The translations under genes and the position numbers were made by a program. The notes under the pieces are model-generated. The model did not search any database and was not told where the DNA came from. It was given only the letters and a program-made list of their open reading frames with translations. Below, in pieces: positions 20,779 to 31,279 of a stretch of DNA of 64,000 nucleotides. Each line of letters starts with the position of its first letter. The first letter of the stretch is position 1. The stretch comes from Sedimentisphaerales bacterium (GTDB lineage: Bacteria; Planctomycetota; Phycisphaerae; Sedimentisphaerales; Anaerobacaceae): the NCBI GenBank assembly GCA_040772485.1, contig JAXGYC010000007.1, positions 1 to 64,000 of the forward strand, written 5' to 3'.

Positions 20779-21045
20779 CTATTTTCGCAGCCCAAGGCGG
20801 GTAATGACAGCCTGGTAGCGCTTGACATCCTTGTCACGAACGTACCTCAGCAGCGCCGAGCGGTTGCCGACCATCTTGAGCAGACCGCGACGGGAAGAGT
20901 GGTCTTTCGGGTGGTCCTTGAGGTGTTCGGTCAGGTCGTTGATCCGCTTGGTCAGAAGTGCGATCTGCACTTCGGGGGACCCGGTGTCCCCTTCGTGCGT
21001 CTCGAAATCGGTGAGAATCTGGCCTTTCTGTTCTTTCGTCAGCAT
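20779..21045 (-). CDS. rpsO: 30S ribosomal protein S15
   Basis: [13 protein letters not shown]...[12 protein letters not shown]. Confidence 0.98.
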   Translation of the reverse strand: MLTKEQKGQILTDFETHEGDTGSPEVQIALLTKRINDLTEHLKDHPKDHSSRRGLLKMVGNRSALLRYVRDKDVKRYQAVITRLGLRK

Positions 21046-21227
21046 GTTTTCCTAATGCCCTTCCTGGTGCGCCTCACTTGAGGTTGACTTTACACTCGAA
21101 TTATGAATCCTTTAATCTAAACGACTTGCGACGATTTTCGCAAGCCTTTTTCCCCGCGAGGAGCCAAAAATATGCCCTGGTCTGCCCAACCACCCTCATC
21201 GAGCCCCCCGGATGCAGGCCGGACAAC

Positions 21228-21659
21228 CTACGTGGTCCCCTGCTGGCCATCCCTGGAGGCCCTTTCCTCCAGGAACGACTGCAATATCTCGGCCGCCGCT
21301 ACGGCATCGAGGAGGTCCCGCTTGCGGGCCCTGGACAGGCCGGCCGGCTCCAGCTTCTCCCCGGCGCTGAAGCTGCTGAGCCGCTCGTCCTGGAACTGCA
21401 CAGGCAGGTCGACGTGGCGAGCAAGCCGCTCGGCGAAGGCCCTGGCCTTGGCGGCCTGAGGCCCTTCGGACCCGTCCATGTTCAGAGGCAGACCCATCAC
21501 GATGGCTCCAATGCCCTCGGTCTCGACAATCTCGGCGATCCTGGTCAGTACGTCCGTTCGGCCGTCCAGCACGCACAGGGGCGATGCGATGGTCTCCTGG
21601 GCGTCACAGATAGCCAGGCCTATTCGTCTACTGCCATGGTCAATCGCCAGATATCTCAT
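21228..21659 (-). CDS. ruvX: RuvX/YqgF nuclease
   Basis: LAIDHGSRRIGLA, GLPLNMDG, DERLSS, DAVAAAEILQ. Confidence 0.93.
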   Translation of the reverse strand: MRYLAIDHGSRRIGLAICDAQETIASPLCVLDGRTDVLTRIAEIVETEGIGAIVMGLPLNMDGSEGPQAAKARAFAERLARHVDLPVQFQDERLSSFSAGEKLEPAGLSRARKRDLLDAVAAAEILQSFLEERASRDGQQGTT

Positions 21660-21690
21660 CAAAGGCCATGCGTCCGAGGGCACTCCGATT

Positions 21691-22779
21691 CTACAGAAAC
21701 TCGCTGCGATGGTGCGATTCGATCAAGGCCAGAAGCTCCTTCAGTCGCTCGGTCTGATCGGCCCGACAGACCAGAGTCGCGTCCGGCGTATGGGCGACCA
21801 CCACGTTGTCCAGCCCGATCGCGGCGATCAGATGCCCCTTGTCCTCGGTGACGAAGACGCTGCTCTTGCAGTCCAGCACTTCGCTCGCCCCGGCCACGAC
21901 GACATTGCCCCCGTCGTCCGATTCGATGATATCCGCCAGCGCCGCGAACGACCCCATGTCCAGCCAGCGGCAATCCAGGCGAATCGCGTGAACGTCCGTC
22001 GCCCGTTCCATGACGGCGTAGTCGATGCTGATCCTGGGCAGTTGGGGAAACTGGTCCGCCAGGACCTTTGCCTGGTCGGGCGTGTCCCAGGCGGCGGCGA
22101 TCCGCCGCAACGGCTCGCTGGTCTGCGGGACGAAGCGGGTCAGATTCGCCAGGATCGTCTTGGCCTTCCAGACGAACATGCCCGAGTTCCAGAAGTACCG
22201 TCCGTCCGCCAGATAGCCCTGGGCGGTGGCCAGATCGGGTTTCTCCTTGAACGCTTCCACCGAATGGATCGGGTTCGTGCACTCGGCAACGGCGCGAGGC
22301 TCGCCGCATTTGACGTAGCCGAGCTGCGTGCTGGGAAACGTGGGTTTGATGCCGAAGGTGACCAGCGCATCGGGGTTCGCATCGACAAACGTCAGGGCGT
22401 CGCGCAGCGCCCCCTGGAGGACCTCAGCCGGCTCGATGAACTGGTCGGCGGTGACGACCGCCATCGCCGCCTGCGGATCAGTCCTGGCCAGGACCGAAGC
22501 GGCCAAGCCGATCGCTCCGGCGGTGTCTCGCACTGTCGGTTCGGCAATCACATTGCCCGACGGCAGGCTCGGCAGGTCCTGCCGGACCACGTCGACATAG
22601 GCGGCGTTGGTCAGGACGATGATGTTGCGGATGTCAAAAATCGGCGTCAACCGCTCGAAACAGCGTTCGAGAAGCGTATGTCCGTCGAGCAGCCTCAAGA
22701 CCTGCTTGGGTCGTTTCTGCCGGCTCAGAGGCCAGAGCCTCTTTCCCGTGCCGCCGGCCATGATCACCGCGTACTTCAT
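21691..22779 (-). CDS. manC: Mannose-1-phosphate guanylyltransferase
   Basis: MAGGTGKRLWPLSR..PKQ, FKEKP, WNSGMF, SIDYAVME, WLDMGS. Confidence 0.92.
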   Translation of the reverse strand: MKYAVIMAGGTGKRLWPLSRQKRPKQVLRLLDGHTLLERCFERLTPIFDIRNIIVLTNAAYVDVVRQDLPSLPSGNVIAEPTVRDTAGAIGLAASVLARTDPQAAMAVVTADQFIEPAEVLQGALRDALTFVDANPDALVTFGIKPTFPSTQLGYVKCGEPRAVAECTNPIHSVEAFKEKPDLATAQGYLADGRYFWNSGMFVWKAKTILANLTRFVPQTSEPLRRIAAAWDTPDQAKVLADQFPQLPRISIDYAVMERATDVHAIRLDCRWLDMGSFAALADIIESDDGGNVVVAGASEVLDCKSSVFVTEDKGHLIAAIGLDNVVVAHTPDATLVCRADQTERLKELLALIESHHRSEFL

Positions 22780-22903
22780 CCGTCCGTCTTTCTCCTGCCC
22801 GGAACCACGCCGCGTCCGGGCGCCAGTGCCATCTTCTCGTCGCGGGCATTGTAGCAGACCCGCCGGAAAGCACAATACCGAGCAGGAGCGTGTGAGAGTC
22901 GGC

Positions 22904-24283
22904 CTACCGGTCAGCGGGCGATTCCGTCAGTTGCACCTCTGTCCCCTCGGGGGTCGCTTTGGCCAGGGAGAAGCGCCCGACGAGCCGCCGCCCGTTCTCC
23001 TTCAGGGTGACCTCGTACTCACCCAGGAAGCCATTGATTCTCAGCCGGCCTTCCGGGCCGCTCTCGGCCTCGACCCGCGTCCACCATCGGCCTCTGATCA
23101 GATCGTACAGCCGCTCATAGATCGGCTTGGCCGACATATCCGCCCGCAGGAAACCGGCCGGCGCCCTCTGCCAGGCGCCCTGGTCGCTGAAATCCCACCA
23201 CGTGATGGCCTCTACTGCCGGGTGCGAGAAGAGCACGGTATAGAATTCGCTCGCCAATCGGGCCTGTCGCTCTTCGCCTTCAGCCGTCGTCGTCCAGGCG
23301 GATTCGCTCTTGGGGCCGGAAACCAGGGTCGTCTCGGTGAAGTGCAGCGGCTTGCCGAACTTCGCGAAACGCTCGCACACCTCCCACGTCCGGGCGGCGC
23401 CCCAAGGGCCGCCGTGCATGTGTGACTGGATGCCGATGACATCGTACAAAGGCCGCCCATTCTCAGCCACGAGCTCCGCGACCACCTTCTCCGCGAAAGC
23501 GGCATCCGTACGGTAATCGTTGATCACCAGCGTCGCGTCAGGGCCCGCTTGACGCGCGGTCTTGAAGGCGGTGCGGATGTACGGCCCGACCCCCATCGCG
23601 GCGATCGCCTCGGTCAGCCGGGGCGCTTCGCGTTTGCATTCCGCCCGGTCGTAGTGGGTCGCCTCGTTGACGACGTCCCAGATGTCGATGTCGCCCGTGA
23701 AGCGTTGGACGCAGCGCGTGATGCGCTCGAACTGCGCCCGGGCCACCTCCTGCGGCGTACCCGTCAGCCAGGGCGGATCGCGGTAGTTCCAGGCCAGCGG
23801 ATGGCCCTTCGTCGTGACATCATGCTCTTTGCACCAGCGGACAACCTCCTCGGTGCGCGCATCGTCCGGGCGGCCCTTCTGTCGCTCGTAGTTCCACCAG
23901 TAGAACGGCAATGTGGCATAGTTGAAGATGCCGGCGAAGCGGCTCTCGTAGGCGGCGTTCTGCTCAGGTGTCCGGCAGCGTCCAAGCATGAAGATGTTGC
24001 AGCCGAAGAGAAAGCGATGACGCACCTGTCGGATTTCCACGCGGCGACCCGGCCCCAGAGGCCGGCCATCCGGCATCAGGAGCTTCAGCGTGACCGGAGC
24101 CATGCGGTGCTGCCGGATGCGCGACTCCGCTTCGCCAAGGACCCGGTCGTTGTCCACAGATGCATCTCGCTGCCGAGCGGCGGCGAAGTACGGCGCCGTC
24201 AGGGCGACAGCGGTTCCCGTCGCGGCACGCAGAAATTGTCGGCGCGTGCAGAAAGCGCCGCATCTCGGGCTTCGGCTTGCCAT
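22904..24283 (-). CDS. Tat-exported GH10 family glycoside hydrolase (xylanase-like)
   Basis: TRRQFL signal; KGHPLAW, WDVVNEA (acid/base), GIQSH, HFTET (nucleophile). Confidence 0.88.
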   Translation of the reverse strand: MASRSPRCGAFCTRRQFLRAATGTAVALTAPYFAAARQRDASVDNDRVLGEAESRIRQHRMAPVTLKLLMPDGRPLGPGRRVEIRQVRHRFLFGCNIFMLGRCRTPEQNAAYESRFAGIFNYATLPFYWWNYERQKGRPDDARTEEVVRWCKEHDVTTKGHPLAWNYRDPPWLTGTPQEVARAQFERITRCVQRFTGDIDIWDVVNEATHYDRAECKREAPRLTEAIAAMGVGPYIRTAFKTARQAGPDATLVINDYRTDAAFAEKVVAELVAENGRPLYDVIGIQSHMHGGPWGAARTWEVCERFAKFGKPLHFTETTLVSGPKSESAWTTTAEGEERQARLASEFYTVLFSHPAVEAITWWDFSDQGAWQRAPAGFLRADMSAKPIYERLYDLIRGRWWTRVEAESGPEGRLRINGFLGEYEVTLKENGRRLVGRFSLAKATPEGTEVQLTESPADR

Positions 24284-24314
24284 GTGTATCCCTCGTGCAG
24301 TCAGCCCAGGCGAG

Positions 24315-25769
24315 TCATGCCTTGGCCGCCTCATCGGTCATCTTGATCTCTTTGTACTTGCAGAACTGCGCCAGCTCTTTGGTGATGTCGCCATAGACGG
24401 TCTGCCGATGAAGACCGTTGGACCATCTCTTCCAGAGCGCGGCGACGTCGCCATCGACCTTCACAGTGATCTTCGTCCGACAGCCGCGATCGTCGGCCAG
24501 GGAGACCGGGGCGGCAATGATCTCGCCGGTGAAATACAGCAGGGAATCCGTGCCGATCAGAATGGCCTGTGTCACCTTCTGACCGATGCGCATCTCCACT
24601 TGCGGCGTAACCCCCTCCTGCCGTTCCATCACGGTTCGGATCTTGTACGGCGCAATCGAGCCTTCGGGGCCGTCCATCTTCCTGGAGCCCAGGCAGTGAG
24701 CCAGGATGATGCCGTTGCAGGACTCGTCCACGGTCGGATCGCTGATGAAACCGGGCCGGCCCGTCAATCCCTGGAGGACGATGTGGGTCATGGCGCACTG
24801 GAGATCGGACTCACAGATTCCTCCCAGGCCGAGATCGTTGAGCCGGCAGAAGCCGATGCACGGATACGCCGGAAGCTTGATGGTCTTGTCCCACATGGTC
24901 CCGTAGCAATCGACCGTCAGGACGGTGGCGTTCTCCGCCGCCAGCATGTTCTCGAACGCCAGGGCGAGCTTGCACGATTTCCAGATGTCCCCTCGCGACG
25001 GCTCCACAACCGCCTGGGCGTCGTCCATCCACCGCTTGGTCTCGGCGTCCGCCAGTCTGTCGTCCACCGCCTTATAGGCGTCCATCACCGTCTGAAGATC
25101 GACCTGCTTGATCTCCGTGCCGAACTTGGCCTTCACGCTGTCGGCATAGGGCTTAAAGATCCGTGTCGTGACATTGAGCACCTTGGCCTCGCGGGTGTGA
25201 TGAATCGCGCGGAACGGCCGAATGGCGGCGGCAAGCTGCGCGTAGTCGGTGGTCAGGAAGCACTCCAGCCTGGCCCCGATCGGCTGGCGTTGCAGGGCGC
25301 CGAAGCTCGTCCACTCATGACCGGAGTACGGGAGGGCGAAAAGGGCCGTCGGCTTGCCCACGCCAAGGATCTCGCGGAGAATCGCCGAGGCGCCCATGCT
25401 CAGATGAATGGCCAGAATGCCGTCGACCTTCTCGAGGCGGCTCTTGAGCCGGCTCGCCTGATCGACGGATGTGACCAGCTCATCGACGACGAACTCTACG
25501 TCACCGAGTTGATCGGCGAGCTTGGCGAATTGCGCTTCGTAGGCGCGGATCTCGTCCTTGAGGTTCAGCGTCGGTTTGGGCCAGTGCGCGCCCTCGATCC
25601 CCATGTAGATTCGAGCGACCTGCACCTTGCTGGTTCGACAGCCCGGACTGATCAGCGGGTTGCCCTTCGCCGCAGCGGCGCCACCGAACAGGCCCGACCC
25701 GGCCAGGTACACCATTCCGCCGGCAGCGGTGATTTGCAGGAACTCGCGACGATCGATTTGCCTCGACAT
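24315..25769 (-). CDS. Tat-exported L-fucose/L-arabinose isomerase-like protein
   Basis: DRREFL signal; PCIGF..LND, CESD, FISDP, LAHC, CRTK motifs. Confidence 0.65.
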   Translation of the reverse strand: MSRQIDRREFLQITAAGGMVYLAGSGLFGGAAAAKGNPLISPGCRTSKVQVARIYMGIEGAHWPKPTLNLKDEIRAYEAQFAKLADQLGDVEFVVDELVTSVDQASRLKSRLEKVDGILAIHLSMGASAILREILGVGKPTALFALPYSGHEWTSFGALQRQPIGARLECFLTTDYAQLAAAIRPFRAIHHTREAKVLNVTTRIFKPYADSVKAKFGTEIKQVDLQTVMDAYKAVDDRLADAETKRWMDDAQAVVEPSRGDIWKSCKLALAFENMLAAENATVLTVDCYGTMWDKTIKLPAYPCIGFCRLNDLGLGGICESDLQCAMTHIVLQGLTGRPGFISDPTVDESCNGIILAHCLGSRKMDGPEGSIAPYKIRTVMERQEGVTPQVEMRIGQKVTQAILIGTDSLLYFTGEIIAAPVSLADDRGCRTKITVKVDGDVAALWKRWSNGLHRQTVYGDITKELAQFCKYKEIKMTDEAAKA

Positions 25770-25875
25770 GGCCTGGCCCCTTCAAAAGACATGGCTCGAT
25801 TCGATTGGGACTTGTCTTGCCAACGATCCGTCTCATGGGTCGCGGTGCGCATTGCTACGCCCCACGACCGGGACG

Positions 25876-28044
25876 TCACACCTTCGAGAGGTTGGCGTAT
25901 TGTAGCAGGAGCGATTTCGTCTGTCCAGTGTTGAACTGGACGGTGACGACGCTGTTGGCGCCGAGGTCGGCGAACTTCTGCACCCGGCCCAGTCCAAAGG
26001 TCTTGTGCCGCACGAGCTGGCCGGGAGCGAACAGAGGCTCAGGCGGTTTGGCGGCCGCCGCCCGTGGGCGGACCGGCGACGGCTGTGTACGCCGGTATTC
26101 CGTGAATGTGTTGAAATCGTCTTCGGATTCCTCCTCGTCCTGGACCATCTGATCGAGTCCAAGCTCGAAGAGAAACGGAGAGGCCACCGTGCGAAGGAAC
26201 TGCCCGCGAACGGTCCGATACCGCGCGTAGCTGAGGTGCAGGTTGGTGCGGGCCCGCGTGACGCCGACGAAGAACAGGCGGCGTTCCTCCTCCAGTTCGT
26301 CGCCATCCCCGCTGCCCCGCTCGTGCGGCAGCAGGCCGTCCTCCAGCCCGATGACGAAGACGTGATCGAACTCCAGCCCCTTGGCGGCGTGCAGCGTCAT
26401 CAGGGCGGCCCGCTCGCTCGTCGCCTCATACGCGTCGGTGTCGCTGAACAGCGCGATCTGCTGGAGGTAATCGAGCAGCGAAGGTTCGGCGGCCTGCTGG
26501 TCGTACGTCGCCGCCGCGTTGATCAGCTCGCCGATATTCTCCAGGGCGTCCTGCCCGTCCTGACCGGTTCCCTTGAACGACTGTTCCAGTCCCGATTCGC
26601 ACAGGACGCGCTCGGCCAGCGGAGCGACCGGGCCTACGAGGTCCTGCCGCAGCTTGTCCAGCAGGCGGGCGAACGCCAGCAGCTTGGTCTTGGCGGCGCC
26701 GCTCACCTCGCCGATGCGATCAGCCTGCGTCAATGCCTCCGACAGCGTGAGCCCATGCTCAACGGCAAAAGCCTTGGCGCGGTCGACGGTCACCTTGCCG
26801 ATGCCACGCGCCGGCGTGTTGATGACCCGCAGCAGCGCGACTTCATCGGCTGGATTGGCCAGGACCTTCAGATATGCCAGAAGATCGCGAATCTCTTTGC
26901 GATTGTAGAACTCCACACCTCGGACGACCTGGTATGGGACACGATGCCGGACGAACGCCTCTTCAAGGACCCGGCTCATCGAGTTGACGCGATAGAAGAC
27001 GGCGATCTGTCCGGCCGGGACATTTTGGCCGAGCAGCGCGTCGACCTGACGCGCGACGGCGTCGGCCTCGGCGGCTTCGTCGTCGTAGGTCTCGACCGAA
27101 ACTCTGCCTTCGTCGGTCCGCACGGCGACAAGAGTCTTCTGCTTGCGATTCTTGTTGCGGGCGATCAGGCTGTCGGCCACCCTGAGAATGGCGGCGGTGC
27201 TGCGGAAGTTCTCTTCGAGCTTGACGGTCACCGCATGCGGCCAGTCCTTCTCGAAGGCCAGGATGTTGCGGATGTCGGCGCCGCGCCAGCGGTAGATCGA
27301 CTGGTCCGGATCGCCGGTCGCGCAGATGTTGCCGTGCGAAAGCGCCAGGGCCTTGGCCAGCCGATACTGGGCGTGGTTGGTGTCCTGATACTCGTCGATG
27401 AGCAGGAACCGGAAGCGGTTTGCCAGTTCGCCACACACCGCCGAATCGCTCTCCAACAGGAAAGCGACCTTCATCAGCAGGTCATCGAAGTCCAGGCCGT
27501 TCTGTTCGGCCAGGATCTGCTGGTACCGCGTGTACACCTGCGATAGCGTGCGCGAGAAGAAGTCCTCCGCCCGTTCGGCAAACGCCTGGGCGTCGATGAG
27601 CTTGTTCTTCAGCGTGGAAATGGCGTCGAGCATCCGCGCCGGCGGGAAGTTGGTCCCGTCGAGGCGGCAGTCCTTGACGGCCTGCTTGACGCACTTGCTC
27701 TGATCGGCGGCGTCATAGATGCTGAAATTCGGTCGCATCCCGGCGGCCTGAGCGTAGCGGCGGAGAATGCGCACGCACAGCGAATGGAACGTGCTGATGT
27801 GCGCCCCGCCGGATGCCCCGAGCGCCGCCGCCCGCTGGCGCATCTCTTCGGCGGCCTTGTTCGTGAACGTGATCGCGCAGATGTTGTACGGTCTGACGCC
27901 GGAATCGATCAGGGCGGCGATCCGGCAGGTGATGACGCGGGTCTTCCCGCTGCCCGGTCCCGCCAGGACCAACAGAGGCCCCTCCTTGTGCAAGACCGCT
28001 TTGCGCTGCGACGACGTAAGTTGTGCCAGAAGTGTTTCGTCCAT
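25876..28044 (-). CDS. pcrA: UvrD/PcrA superfamily 1 DNA helicase
   Basis: AGPGSGKT, TFTNKAA, DEYQDTN, GDPDQSIY, ENFRS, TLHAAKGLEF, EERRL, C-terminal Tudor-like domain. Confidence 0.95.
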   Translation of the reverse strand: MDETLLAQLTSSQRKAVLHKEGPLLVLAGPGSGKTRVITCRIAALIDSGVRPYNICAITFTNKAAEEMRQRAAALGASGGAHISTFHSLCVRILRRYAQAAGMRPNFSIYDAADQSKCVKQAVKDCRLDGTNFPPARMLDAISTLKNKLIDAQAFAERAEDFFSRTLSQVYTRYQQILAEQNGLDFDDLLMKVAFLLESDSAVCGELANRFRFLLIDEYQDTNHAQYRLAKALALSHGNICATGDPDQSIYRWRGADIRNILAFEKDWPHAVTVKLEENFRSTAAILRVADSLIARNKNRKQKTLVAVRTDEGRVSVETYDDEAAEADAVARQVDALLGQNVPAGQIAVFYRVNSMSRVLEEAFVRHRVPYQVVRGVEFYNRKEIRDLLAYLKVLANPADEVALLRVINTPARGIGKVTVDRAKAFAVEHGLTLSEALTQADRIGEVSGAAKTKLLAFARLLDKLRQDLVGPVAPLAERVLCESGLEQSFKGTGQDGQDALENIGELINAAATYDQQAAEPSLLDYLQQIALFSDTDAYEATSERAALMTLHAAKGLEFDHVFVIGLEDGLLPHERGSGDGDELEEERRLFFVGVTRARTNLHLSYARYRTVRGQFLRTVASPFLFELGLDQMVQDEEESEDDFNTFTEYRRTQPSPVRPRAAAAKPPEPLFAPGQLVRHKTFGLGRVQKFADLGANSVVTVQFNTGQTKSLLLQYANLSKV

Positions 28045-28063
28045 GCCCCGTGCCGGATGACCC

Positions 28064-29872
28064 TCACCGCGTTCCCTGCTGCTCCTGCATTTCCTGCAAC
28101 TGCGCCTCGGTCTGTTCCATTTGCTTGTACAGCTCGGGCTTTTCGATCTGGATCCGATTCAGCAGACCCTGCCGAATGTGGGGCGGATACGCCCCGCTGT
28201 TGAGGAACTGACCGAGCGCGACGTATCGTAGCACGGGTATCGGGGGCAGGTCAATGCGAAACTCCGGCTTGTTCGTCGTGTTGTAGAAGTCGTACGCCTG
28301 CTGGGCCAACTGCTCTCGCCCGGCGGCGGCCTCATCGTCGCGGATCGCGTACAGGTAGTACCCCTCGCTGAGCAGCATCACGATCTGCTCGCGGGCGTCG
28401 TCGATGCCGAAACCGCTCAATTCCTCTCTCCAGCGCTTCAGCGCGAACTCCTCCAGCGAGACGTTGAACTCCTTCAAGGGATAGCGTTTCCGCAACTGAT
28501 TAAAGATCTTCAGGGCCTCTGACCTCAGTCCGGCCTGATAGAACGACAGGACGGCGTTCTTGAGCATGTTGCGATGGCCGTTCTCGAGCGATTCTCTGGT
28601 GGTGCGGTCGTCTTCGTAGCCGGCGATGATCGCCAGCACGGCTTTGTGGTACGAATTGAAGATCCGCAGGTCCGGACTGAGAAAGACGTCTTTGGGTATT
28701 GCCGGCGAGGTGGATTCGGCCGCGGGGCTGTCCGGATCGAGCGCTTCGGCCGGACGCGAGAGAATGATGAGCTTGCCGTATCGGAAAAGATTCTGAAGGC
28801 TGTGCGCGACGATGCGCTGCGTGTTCGTCTGATATCGTTCCGTCTCGGCATCGTTCTCTTCCTTGGCGACGCTGAGCCCTTTGAGCGCCCAATAGATGGC
28901 GTGCGCGTCCGGGTGCCGCCAATCCATGGGGAAGTGCACGTTGGGGTCGGCGAAGTCGATCGGCCCGTACTCCTGGCTGACCTGGTGCATGCGAACCGGC
29001 TCCAGCTTCCAGGTGTTGCGCAGCTCGTACGACTTGGCGAACAGATCGAATCGTTTCAATGCCGCCGTGCCCCGAAAACGATCCACAACATCCGACGCGG
29101 CCTGCGGAAAGCGCGACGCGTTGCGACGCAGCGCCAGGTAGTTCTGCACGAACGGCTGTTCGCTGGTGAACGGCTCACCGACCTCCTGAAGGGCCCGGAT
29201 GAACGGAGCTACATTCGGATCGGCGACGATCTGAGCCCATTCGGACGGCGTCCCGATCAGGGCCTCGTAGAACGCGTTGTCGTCGGCGGGCAGCCCGTTG
29301 TCCTCCGACCCGAGCAGCGGGCCGATGGCTTCCGCCAACTGGAGTTTGTAGTATTTGTGGACGTCGTCGGAAACGCCACCGAGCTTGTGCTGGAAGATCC
29401 GCGCCAGTTCCCGGTAGAGCTGGACCGCCTTGGGATTGGTGGGGATTCCCTTGTCGCGCAGCAGTTCGTAGCCGTTCTTGACCCAGCGCCATCGCTGCTC
29501 GGGCTGCGAGGCGGGGATGGCGACCGAGATGTTGTAGGCCATGTTCCATGCCTGGAACTCCCAGACGGCCGGAAAACGGGGCTGGAGCGTCGTGATCCAC
29601 TCGGCGAGCTGCCGGGCATCGAAGAACTGCCCTTCCTCCTTCAGCTTGTCGGCCCGCATCCAGAGGATGTCGACGACCAGGCCGCGGAAGGCGCCCATCG
29701 CAACCGTGGCGAAGGCCAGCGACGGCGGCAGGTTCTCCACCGGCTCATTCACCACCAAGCCCATCGTCTGGCGCTGCGCGTTGATGTAATCGAGCTGCGT
29801 GCCCGCCGTATAGAGCAGGCCGCCGGCCAGCGACAGGCACACGAGCATGATGAGAATGTCACGTCCACGCAT
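28064..29872 (-). CDS. Hypothetical membrane-anchored helical protein
   Basis: 602 aa; N-terminal TM; GAFRGLVVDILWMRAD and AWNMAYNIS segments; in operon with ABC genes. Confidence 0.8.
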   Translation of the reverse strand: MRGRDILIMLVCLSLAGGLLYTAGTQLDYINAQRQTMGLVVNEPVENLPPSLAFATVAMGAFRGLVVDILWMRADKLKEEGQFFDARQLAEWITTLQPRFPAVWEFQAWNMAYNISVAIPASQPEQRWRWVKNGYELLRDKGIPTNPKAVQLYRELARIFQHKLGGVSDDVHKYYKLQLAEAIGPLLGSEDNGLPADDNAFYEALIGTPSEWAQIVADPNVAPFIRALQEVGEPFTSEQPFVQNYLALRRNASRFPQAASDVVDRFRGTAALKRFDLFAKSYELRNTWKLEPVRMHQVSQEYGPIDFADPNVHFPMDWRHPDAHAIYWALKGLSVAKEENDAETERYQTNTQRIVAHSLQNLFRYGKLIILSRPAEALDPDSPAAESTSPAIPKDVFLSPDLRIFNSYHKAVLAIIAGYEDDRTTRESLENGHRNMLKNAVLSFYQAGLRSEALKIFNQLRKRYPLKEFNVSLEEFALKRWREELSGFGIDDAREQIVMLLSEGYYLYAIRDDEAAAGREQLAQQAYDFYNTTNKPEFRIDLPPIPVLRYVALGQFLNSGAYPPHIRQGLLNRIQIEKPELYKQMEQTEAQLQEMQEQQGTR

Positions 29873-29905
29873 AGTCGATTTCGCGGCGCCGACCGCCGCG
29901 TCTCG

Positions 29906-31279
29906 TCACACAATGATTCGGGCCAGCTCGCGGAAGCTGAAGATGATCAGGGCCAGCACCAGCAGCAGGAGGCCCTTGATGCAGACCATGAACAGCGCCA
30001 CCTGCGCCAGGAACGACCAGGCGATCAGGCGGCCGGGGACCAGGAAGCTGGTCGGGTTGTACTTGTCGAATCGCGGCAGCAGCCGGACCAGGGCCCCGAT
30101 CGTATGCGAATACACCTCGCTCACGCTGGCGCTGAGAAACTCGAACGACTCGAGCACGAAGCCGCTGATGGTGCCCGTGAAGAAGATCATCAGACAGAAC
30201 AGGATCGCCACGGGAAACGAAAGAAAGCTCGCCGCCAGCACTCCGAGGCAGGCCAGAAAGATCAGCCGGAACAGGATCAGCAGCACCCCGCGGATGAAGT
30301 TGGCCGTGAAGGTGTCGGCCTTGTAGAGCAGCTCCAACCCGTCTTCGAGCGGGAAGATCACCGTCGTGTCGTTCAGCGGGACGTTGAGAAACCCCACCGC
30401 CAGGTATCCGTCATCGGCAATGACCTGCGCCGGGACCTCGATCTCGCGGAACGTGCGAACCGGGTCCGCACGATCCTCGGGCCAGATCGGGGTTTTGAAG
30501 TTCATGCCGTAGCGAAACTGCCTCAGATCACCGATCTGCCAGCGGGCGTAGACCTGGCCGTTCGTCGGCTCGGCCGCCACGTCGTACTTGAACCGGATGA
30601 ACAGACTCTGGTTCGGGTCGAGCGGCCGGATCTTCTCGAATTCCCACAACAGCCCCTCTCCCACCCCCGCCGCGCGTTTCTCCAACTGCTTGCGCAAGGT
30701 GAGCTCCTTGAGAATCCCCTCGGGCGGCAGCGTGGGGTACGCCTCGCGGAGCTGGCCGGTCTTCTCCAACTGATCGTACAGCGTCTGGACTTCTTCGCGT
30801 ACATCGGGCGCCGGAGGACTGAGGCTGGCGCGGGCGGTGAAGAACTCGTTGTCGATCTGCCGCAGCGTGTCGTTCGAGACGTCGTAGAAACCGGGCAGGA
30901 ACACTACCACGGCGTACACGATGCCGGCAAAGAGCGTCACGAGGGCCGCGTCCAGAACGATCACGCCCAGGAGCTTGCCGAGAAGGAACTGATAGCGGCG
31001 GATCGGCTTGGTGGCCACGGTATAGATCTGGCGGTGCTCGATGTCGCTGGTGATCGTGTAGGTCGCGACGATGATCGTCAGCAGGCACAGCAGCAGGCTG
31101 GTCAACGACAGCCCATAGCTGACGAACGTCTGGAGCCGGCCCTTCAGAGTGCCGTCCCCGGTCGCCGTCAGCCCCATCACCGGCAGCAGAACCAGCAACA
31201 TCGCGATGAAGATCACCGCGATCTTCATCCGCAAGGCCTGCCGGATCGTGTTGACTGCGACGGCCCAGATCCTACTCAT
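29906..31279 (-). CDS. ABC transporter permease (ABC-2-like) with large extracytoplasmic loop
   Basis: TKPIRRYQFLLGKLLG motif, multiple TMs. Confidence 0.85.
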   Translation of the reverse strand: MSRIWAVAVNTIRQALRMKIAVIFIAMLLVLLPVMGLTATGDGTLKGRLQTFVSYGLSLTSLLLCLLTIIVATYTITSDIEHRQIYTVATKPIRRYQFLLGKLLGVIVLDAALVTLFAGIVYAVVVFLPGFYDVSNDTLRQIDNEFFTARASLSPPAPDVREEVQTLYDQLEKTGQLREAYPTLPPEGILKELTLRKQLEKRAAGVGEGLLWEFEKIRPLDPNQSLFIRFKYDVAAEPTNGQVYARWQIGDLRQFRYGMNFKTPIWPEDRADPVRTFREIEVPAQVIADDGYLAVGFLNVPLNDTTVIFPLEDGLELLYKADTFTANFIRGVLLILFRLIFLACLGVLAASFLSFPVAILFCLMIFFTGTISGFVLESFEFLSASVSEVYSHTIGALVRLLPRFDKYNPTSFLVPGRLIAWSFLAQVALFMVCIKGLLLLVLALIIFSFRELARIIV

